Below the pieces are notes generated by a model. The model was not told the origin of the DNA. It did not search any database and saw only the letters and a program-made list of their open reading frames with translations. 64,000 nt of DNA from Octopus vulgaris (lineage: Eukaryota): contig OX597814.1 in the NCBI GenBank assembly GCA_951406725.2, positions 99,200,001 to 99,264,000 of the forward strand, in the 5' to 3' direction. This document shows, piece by piece, positions 52,331-64,000 of the stretch (position 1 is its first letter; each line of letters begins with the position of its first letter). A program made the position numbers and the translations under genes.

Positions 52331-54679
52331 AAGTAATTTCCCAAAATAAACATTTTGAAAAGATTCTTCTTTAAATATATCTGTATCAGGTAATTTAACC
52401 ATAACACGTTCGGAACTGAAACACGTATTGAACTCACTCTCACATAAAATATTACCTCTCATAACTCTCTACCATAAAAATGTTTTTCAGATATTAATAA
52501 AATTTGTCGGACCTGTTTTCATGCCGTTGGCCGTCGGAGCTATGGAAACTTAGCGCACTCTGACTGCATGAAAATAGATTCGACTAATTTTATTATTACC
52601 TTAAAAAAGTACTAAATTTCAAACATCTTTATGGTCAAATACGTTGAGAGCAATTCCAAACCATAAAAATCGTACTTTAAAATAGTGTTTAGAGACAGTG
52701 GTGCTATTTTCCTTCAAACTACGAACAGGAGTTTAGGTACGTACCAGCTACTACAAATAACTGTTTGTACGAAAATTAAGGTCCTACGTACATCAGATTG
52801 TCTTTAAATTAAGTGGCGGCAGAAGAATTATCGTTGAGCTTAAAGCGGTATGTATATTGTTGCCTATGGCCAGCTATATGTTGGTTGTTGAAGGGTAGGG
52901 AATGGAAACAAGCTATTCGTACAGACCCCGAATGGGAAGACCAAAAATGTTTATCATGCTGCTTTTGCAATAAGTTCCAAGTCGACAAATTATATCATTG
53001 TTTTGATGAAAGTTGTTCATTGCTTAAAAGGTATTGTTCAAGTTTGATAAAATTTGATATGCACTCAACGCATGAAATGTCATTGTTGCATCCAAGGCGG
53101 CTTTTAAGTTAATATATACATATATTTACATACTTACGTGCGTCTATGCTTGTATGCGTCTGTGTGTGTGTGTGTGCGCGCGTGTGTGTATGTGTGCATG
53201 TGCATGTGTGTGTGTGAGTGTGTATCCTGGACAAGGCAGTAAAAAGCATAACTGCATTTGATAGCTTTCAGCTTGGAAGTTTAGGAGTTTTAGGGGAATA
53301 TGGAATTATTGCTGTGTAAAAAAAGTTCTTCAGACTTTTACATGAAGGACTATAAATGCCGATGATGTCCGTGTGGGATAGACTCCCCTTCTTAGATCTT
53401 AGTCATATTTTTGTCTTAGGATGTGTTCTTGTACTTCGTGAATGTTTTTTCTCAGTCTTCGGCTGCCCGTCATCTATTTTCACTTTCTATCTGGTTCCTA
53501 TCGTCATGAAATAGTGGTGGTGATGGTGGTGGTAGTGGCGGCTTGAGTTAATAGTTATATTCTGGAATACGTATTTTTGCAACCAATTTCGAGTCAATTT
53601 CTTAACGGCTGTCAGAGTTGATACTGAGAGGCAGTCCCCTATAAACTGCAGTTGTCTCTGCATGCATGTGATGTTAGTGTCAGTGGTATATATTTCCTTT
53701 AGCTCTTCTGGTTGAAAAGCCGTTCAGTGCCTTTACTACCATAAGTGTAGAAGCTGGGTTTTCTACATTTATGTAAAGGCTGGGTCTTCTCCATTGGACC
53801 GTTAGTTTTTAAGTCTTTCTCTCTGCATCTGCAACAGAGGTACAACACTAGACTCGTTTTGTTTTACTCAGAATTATGGTGTTCTGCATACTGATAGAGT
53901 GCTAGTCTGAACTCAGACCATTCAAAGTAAAATAATTGCCGATCAATTGCTCATATTGTGCTACTAAAAGTAGCAAAAGTCAACGTTCTCTCCGAAATTT
54001 TTCATAGTGATCCTCTTGTTTCTTCGATGTCTATATTGGGGGTAAACAACCTACGGACAAGCATGTGATACTCTTACTCTGCTTACCTCTACAATCAGTC
54101 CTCAATGTATGCACGTCATCAACACAGAGATATACAACGAATGTTAATGAGCAAGTGGTTTTAGTATATTGGTGAGAGATTGTTTTCTCGCCAAAAGAAT
54201 CGTCTATATGGAATGTGCTCTAAAATCTTTTCATGTATAACAACAGCATTTCCCTCCACAATATGAGATGTGGTCTGACGTGGGCCAATCACGCTTGACG
54301 TTTTCTACGAGGTTACGGTTAACGTTAGGGTTGATGTACGTTTCGGTTTTAAATTCGATAATTTTGGCAATAAAAGATCACAAGTGATTTAGAAAACTTG
54401 TATTGTAACATGCTAAGGGTGCTTACAATGTACTGTTGCTGTATTGAAGTAAAACATTATTTTCTCCATTAGTATAACGATAGTGTATCGATGCTATTGG
54501 AAAAGACTTAATTGTTACATGACATTGAAAGATATGTTCGAGGTTTCTTTCTGTTTATAGTAGCAATGCATGTCTAGTGTAAAGTATCTAGGTATGCCTG
54601 AGAATGATGATCATGCGAAGTAAGGAGTGAAAAATATGTGTTCTTAGAAGTGAGGTAAACGTAGTTAAGTATAATTATT

Positions 54680-54934
54680 TAATCTTTTATTTATTTCAGT
54701 CATGTAACTGCGGCCATGCAAGAGCACTTCGTACAAAGAGTAGTAATTATCTTTATTTGTTTAACCTTCAGGCGCTTAGCTGAATAAATCGACTTCAGTA
54801 TTTATTTATTTTTGGAGTCTGATACTTATTCTATCGTTCTCTTTTACCGAACTGCTGGATTACGGGGATGTACGCAAACCAACACGGTTGTCAAACAGTG
54901 TCGGGGGACAAAACCAGACACAAAGACACACATT

Positions 54935-54967
<33 letters not shown>

Positions 54968-55002
54968 CTATGTGTGAGCCTGTGTGCGTGCGCTTGTGTG
55001 TC

Positions 55003-55051
<49 letters not shown>

Positions 55052-55097
55052 TATACGTAGAAACATATATATATATACAGATGTACATATGTATATG

Positions 55098-55141
<44 letters not shown>

Positions 55142-55600
55142 TATACATATATATAGATAGATATATACTTATGTATATATATATATACACATATACATAT
55201 AATACACATACACACACACATACACACACGCGCACACACACACTCACACATATACATAATTATATGTATATATATATACTCAATACATTCGCCATGCTGG
55301 ACCTCTGAACTCAACACATTGTTTTCTTATTCTCTCTCTGTTTATTCTATTTTATTCCCTTCTGGCGAAGAGTGTAGGTTCCAAACGTAAAACACTTTTC
55401 CATTTTTCCCGATCGTCAAACTGACACACTCGTTTGTTGTTCCTATAAATAAGATTTTGTTGTTTCTCTCTCTCTCTCTCTTTTATATATACATGGCTCT
55501 AATAGAAAACACTTGCTCAAGCTGCCGCGCTGTAGGACTGAACTCGAGAACAAATAGTTGGGAAGCAAGCTTCTTAACTACACAACCACTCCTGTGCCTA
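54680..55600 (-). mobile_element. SINE family A split by microsatellite expansion and a pLTR-like fragment (about 55320-55445)
   Basis: 3' half at 54680-54930 and head at 55495-55600 in the same orientation. Confidence 0.7.
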
Positions 55601-56369
55601 TAGTTACGTAATTTTCTAACTAAAGCAAACTTCTTTTAATCGAGAAAAGATATATCATTTCGCGGCCGCGTATGTGGCCAAGAGATTGTCTTCCATTTAT
55701 AGAGTTCACCAACACAAAACAAAATGCCTTTCACTCTTTATCTTAGAAATCATCGAAATACACACAAAACTTTAAAAGAATTAGAAAATAAATGGAAAAT
55801 AAATGCATATGCACACACAAAATACAGTAACATAAAAAACATTAACAAGTATTAACATCCGTGCGTATGTGTATATACACATTACACGGTCACTTTGATG
55901 TAAATACTTCGGTGGAGCAAGGTCTATTTATTTAAGCCTATTTCAGCATTATCTTTTCATTGTAGAACATTTTTTTGTGTGTTTGTTTACCTTTAAAGTA
56001 ATGATGATGCATGTGTATGCACGTCTGTTTTTGTTTTATTACATTTTGTTTAGAAATCTATAACGTTGTTTGTGTTGGTATGATCATGCCCATATTTTTG
56101 TGTGTACGTTTAAGTGGGTGTGTGTAGAACATTTTATAGGGTGCGAGCGTGTGTGTGTGTTTGTGTGTGTGGGAGAGAGAGAGAGAGAGAGAGTGAGTGA
56201 GAGTGAGTGAGAGAGAGTAAAGGACAAAAGAAAAAAATAAACTGCGTTCAAAAGTAAGATCTTGCCATTTATTTTCATAGCAGACATCACCAACAAAGCA
56301 TAACAAAGTCAACATTATGAATATAACGAGAGAGTGTCAGCGAAAATTACAACAAAAAAATTGTATAAT

Positions 56370-58460
<2,091 letters not shown>

Positions 58461-59049
58461 GTGTGTATTGACAAATGCACACATACATATTACATATTTT
58501 GGTCGGACCATACTCAGAAAAGATAGATAACTTTGCAGCTGACTAAAATACAGATATGTAGTCATTGATGTGTGTCGCAAAAAAACATTAGAGTCGCATT
58601 AAGATAAATGATGCAACACACACATACAAATTTTCGTGCCTATTTCTTTTTGTTTGTATATTAAAACATATTGCACATAACATAGTTGAAGAGTGATGCT
58701 AAAAGGGAAAAACATGAGCGTTTCATTACCCATTTAATATTTTCCTTGCATAAAAGGAGAATGCAACGAACCAGTAACCCACTATAACTTTCCTGGTACA
58801 CATTAATACGTGATAGAAATATACTAACCTAATACCTGTCTTATGGACAGTGAGTTATTATTAATAATTCTCGTTACGTTACTTTATAGAGTAATGAAAC
58901 AACTTGGAGTAATTGAATGGGACTTCAACTTTGTATATTTTCATATATTTATTTATATCTTGGTGTATGTATGGACACATGCATGTATATTTCTACTCCT
59001 CAGTATGAATATATATAATGTATTTAATATCATTTATATGTATATATTT

Positions 59050-59131
<82 letters not shown>

Positions 59132-59894
59132 ATAAAAATTATATATGTATATATATATGTGTGTGTGTGTACTCACACACTCTCAAATATATAATTTACA
59201 CTGAATATTCTCATTGTTTTATTTTCTGTTACACCTTAAATCCTATTTGCTCTACTTCTTCCCATTATTCTTTTCTTTATTCTCCCTTTCTATCTTTTTC
59301 TCTGAAATTTCCACGGATATCATTAGTAATCCAAAGAGAAGTATATCGTAACCCAAATGGATTACGATGTATGTCACTTTCAGGTATGTTATCATGTATA
59401 CATGCTTGTGTCTTTTTGTGTTTATATACGTTTGAATAGTCGGTAATCTATTGACAGATAAAACTTGTGCATGCGCTCGTTGTGCGTGTGCTAAGGGTGT
59501 ATGTTGACATGTATTTAGGTTTAAGTACCTATTTTCATATGTGTGCGCATGTACGCGTGTTCGGGGGTGTATCCTTAAGATATAGCAGTGTGTTTTAGAA
59601 TGTGTTAGTAGACATTTTACTAACAGATACTAAAACACACCAGAATAACTTAAGGGTACACCCCACGAGCATGCATACATGTGCACACATACAAAAATAG
59701 GTACTTAAAGCTAAAGGCATGTCTTCTTTATCTTTAACATGTTTCAACCCTAAAGCTGACGCCATATATATCTGTACATATATATGTATATGTATACATA
59801 CGCATATATACATATACTAATATATATATGTATAAATATATATGTAAACATATGCTTATATATATATATATATATATATAAGTATATATATATA

Positions 59895-60006
59895 TTGGCC
59901 TGCTCGCTTAGCCAGCGGGATGGCGTCATTTGAAGGCTAAAACCATGCGAAGCACATTGTGACCAGCGATATGTAGCAACATCTGATAGCCAGCTCGGTC
60001 ACGTGA
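59895..60006 (+). mobile_element. SINE family C, 5'-truncated, in (TA)n
   Basis: TTGGCCTGCTCGCTTAGCCAGC...GGTCACGTGA matches 31282-31403. Confidence 0.9.
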
Positions 60007-60014
60007 TATATATG

Positions 60015-60087
<73 letters not shown>

Positions 60088-60589
60088 GTGTATGTATATA
60101 ATTATCCCGATGTACATGTGTTTGTATGCGTGTATTTATATTGGGTGTTATCAATAGATCCTATAGAGGGTTCAAATGTGTACCGCATGCCACTAACCAG
60201 GGTATGTCGAAGTGCATTGTATGACCCTGAGATAGGCAGATGTACGGAATAATCGTGTAATGTTGTAATTCAGGTGACTCGCTTTAACTAATTAAACTAA
60301 GTCATATGACAAACCTTTAAATGACAAAATCGAATGAGAAATTTAACAAATAGGAGCAAACTGTACAATGAAGAAATCTGTGCGTTTTCCTTACCTTATA
60401 TTAAGGCACATATAAAAAACACTAATGTCGTAGGACAGACTAACTAGATAATAGTCTATGTATGTATGTATGTATGTATGTATGTATGTATGTATGTATG
60501 TATGTATGTGTATGTACGTTTGTATATATGAACACATGCATGCAATTGCGCTAAATAATTATACACGGTAAAAAAATACAGATAAAATA

Positions 60590-60712
60590 AATACTTGGCT
60601 TATAAAGAATAAGTCGTGGGGTCGATTTCTTCGACTAAAACCATTTAAGGCGGTGCTCCAGCATGGCTGCTGTCAAACGGCTGAAACAAGTAAGGAAAAC
60701 AAAAGGAATAAA
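60590..60712 (+). mobile_element. SINE family A, 3' end
   Basis: AAAGAATAAGTCGTGGGGTCGATTT...GCGGTGCTCCAGCATGGC...TGAAACAAGTAA. Confidence 0.85.
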
Positions 60713-60837
60713 CGAATACATAAAGTAATACTAACGGGTGGAGAAACGGATTAAATATTGAACTAAAACTGTTGGTTCTACCGTCTGCTCGGATAATGAT
60801 AATAAATTGCCTTATCGCTATATCTAAACATCTAAAC

Positions 60838-61482
<645 letters not shown>

Positions 61483-62325
61483 GTCTAAAGAATGAATCCG
61501 GATATGGTAAAATATATCAGCATGTATGCGTGTGTGTGTGCGTCTAAGTTTATACTTAACGGTAATCAATGCGTGAGGTTGTATCCTTTTATTTACATTG
61601 AAAAACGGAAGTTAATGATTCTATAAATAAACATCGATAAGATACATATATAACTGAAATAAACAGTATGATTGTTATGATCGACTAAAAATAATTATAA
61701 GCGGTATCCCGATATGGCGGCTGTCCAACAAATGAAACGGTAAATGAATAAAATATGTGTATTTATACGGCTGTATGAGTTCCGACTTGTTTTTGTGTCT
61801 ATATATTTAATAAGTCATATGTACTTGAGCATAATGTTTTAGACCTTAGTGTCGATAATGTATGCACCCAAAATAAATAAGGATTGATTTAAATGGTTTT
61901 CATTCGACAAAAACCCTGAGCCTTGTGTTGAAAAACTTAGGAATATTTTAATATGACTCAGTGTAATTATAAATATTTATATGTTGTAAATTACTATGAC
62001 GTCAATGACACAATTTTCGTTGGAAAGAATAATGTTCATAAAATGGGTGGAGAAATTCGAAATATTGCTTTGATCCAATGATAGAACACCTGTCATATCG
62101 ACCAGAGATATGGGCTCGAGTCCCATGGGCAAATTTCGACTTTTCTATACAAAAAGTTTTCAACACTGTATTTACACGCCATTATTTCACTATTTCACGT
62201 TCTCTCGAAAGTTATAAATTATTATGACGTCAGCAATCTCTCTCTCTCTCTCACTCTCTCTCTCTCTCTGTTCAAATGCATGTGAACATATGTACACATA
62301 AATATATACATACATTCATACATAC

Positions 62326-62368
<43 letters not shown>

Positions 62369-62673
62369 CGTGCGTGCGTGTGTGTGTGTATGCGTTACGA
62401 TCCTGCGAGGGTATAGCGATACTGATAACCAATCGTTAGAATAAAATATGCTTTAGAATACAGTATTATGTGAGAGAAGAGAGAAATATCAATTAAGGAA
62501 TGACAAAATAACAAGACTAACGTAATGATTTTCATTAGCTTACAGTTGAAGCTGCAATAAGAAGCGTTGCACCCAGAGCTTAGGGAGTCATTTAAATGAC
62601 GTGTATATTTGTCGCAGAAAACGTATAAAAACATAGAGTTTGTTACATGGGGAATTACTATATAATACAAATT

Positions 62674-63000
62674 GAAGGCGTGTGGCCAAGTGGCTGAATA
62701 TTCGTCACTGGATCGTAAGGTCACGAGTTCAACACACAGTGGCACGCTGTCCTTGAGGAAGACACTCTAATCCATGTTGCTCCAGTCCGCTCAACTGGCA
62801 AAGATGAGTAGTACCTGCATTTCAAAAGGCCAGTCTTGTCACATTCTGTGTCACGCGGAACCTCCTTGAGAACTAAGTTAAGGGTGCGGCGCATGTTTGA
62901 GGAGCAGTCAGTCATTTGCATGTTAATTTCCCTAGCAGGCTGTTCCATTTATAGGAGTAACTAGAACTCTATGTTGTCTTAACCGACCAAGTGCTAGTTA
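62674..63000 (+). mobile_element. SINE family E (same central domain as D, different tail)
   Basis: GGCGTGTGGCCAAGTGG A box, GAGTTCAA B box, GTTGCTCCAGTCCGCTCAACTGGCAAA shared with family D. Confidence 0.75.
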
Positions 63001-63039
63001 ATACAGACTGAGATTAGAGAAAAATCATCTCATTCACTG

Positions 63040-64000
63040 ATACACATTCTCAGAGAATCCACTATTCCTTAATGCACTATTGCAACAGGATGCAGCATTT
63101 TGAAATGCTGTCTCATTTGAAGAAATTGATGATATTCGTCTACCAACATTACTGACTAAGCTCCTAAGAATAACTGGCGGATGATTGGATTCTTTGCTAA
63201 TATAAAATAGTTTATCATTAGGCTTACGGTAAGGTTTGAATTCATCTAACTGTATAAATCTAAATTTATATCTAAGAAATCTACACTTTTAAGATTACTA
63301 TCTATTGTAATCCGTAAGCCCATCCTTTGGAAGAGAGTGATTAGATCCTTCCTAAGCTTATCTAATTCGTGGCCGTTTAAATTATGGGTGACTATAAGGC
63401 CGTCATTCGTATATAATCGTGCGTCTATAGATGAGAAATCTAGATTTAGATTATACAAAAAAAGCTCCTATGGGCACACATATCTCAGCCCCATCGTATG
63501 CCACCATCTGTATATCGAAAAGAGAATCCGCACTCATTTTGACCCAGGTAGAATAGTCGTAAAAAAGAAGGGATTTCCGAGTCATCGCTGTTGACATACT
63601 GCTTGGTGACGTCTAATGCTTTTAGAAACAAAGGCCTGGATATTGGCAGATAAAAGTCAACAATGTCAAACTGTGTAAATTTGCAGTTATGCTTATGGTT
63701 AATCCCTTTAAACCAATCTATTACTGACTTACTATTTTTCCAAATCCGTAAATTTAATTCACTATCTAACTTAGTTAAAATACGATCTAAAATTTATTTG
63801 CTAGTAATACCTATTTCAGTTTTAGCCGGATTAATCAATCTACAATTAGGGTTTCTATTACAATTAGCTTTATGGTCGTTTGGGGTAATAAAGGCGGGTG
63901 GGGGGAAGATATTCTATCCTTTTGCTAATTTTAAGATTGTTAGCTATTCTTCTTGCCTCCAAATTTACCTCTCTGTATAAATTTGTACTGTCTTTTTTGT
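63040..64000 (-). pseudogene. Penelope-like reverse transcriptase pseudogene, continuing past the window edge
   Basis: IDWFKGI..KFTQFDIVDFY, YDGAEIC, LYTNDGL (YxDD-like), VDFLDINLDL, KPYRKPN, SNHPP; multiple frameshifts and stops. Confidence 0.85.

Noticed and set aside
54311-54332. Interstitial telomere-like repeat
   Set aside because: Only one exact TTAGGG; too short and degenerate.

Overview
AT-rich, extremely microsatellite-dense animal DNA that looks like a gene desert or very large intron. The SINE families and repeat make-up resemble an Octopus (cephalopod) genome, which is an inference not checked against a database. No host protein-coding exon, tRNA, rRNA or CRISPR array could be supported; nearly all listed ORFs are translations of simple repeats. 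The window is a mosaic of five tRNA-headed SINE families, dead Tc1/mariner-superfamily transposons (mariner, maT-like, rosa-like, pogo/Tigger), hAT MITEs, non-autonomous Helitrons, R4/Dong-like restriction-endonuclease LINEs sitting in (AAT)n tracts, and Penelope-like element (PLE) remnants. The most interesting signal is a set of hammerhead-ribozyme-like motifs in PLE-like fragments. One is a near-canonical type I motif with C3-G8 (23523-23573). Two are minimal motifs whose 3-8 core pair has covaried to G3-C8 (22433-22483, inside a 119-bp inverted repeat) and U3-A8 (50068-50104). Several repeat-free islands with Hox/Pbx/CTCF-like motifs are candidate cis-regulatory elements. All folding and alignment was done by eye, and coordinates of decayed elements are approximate.
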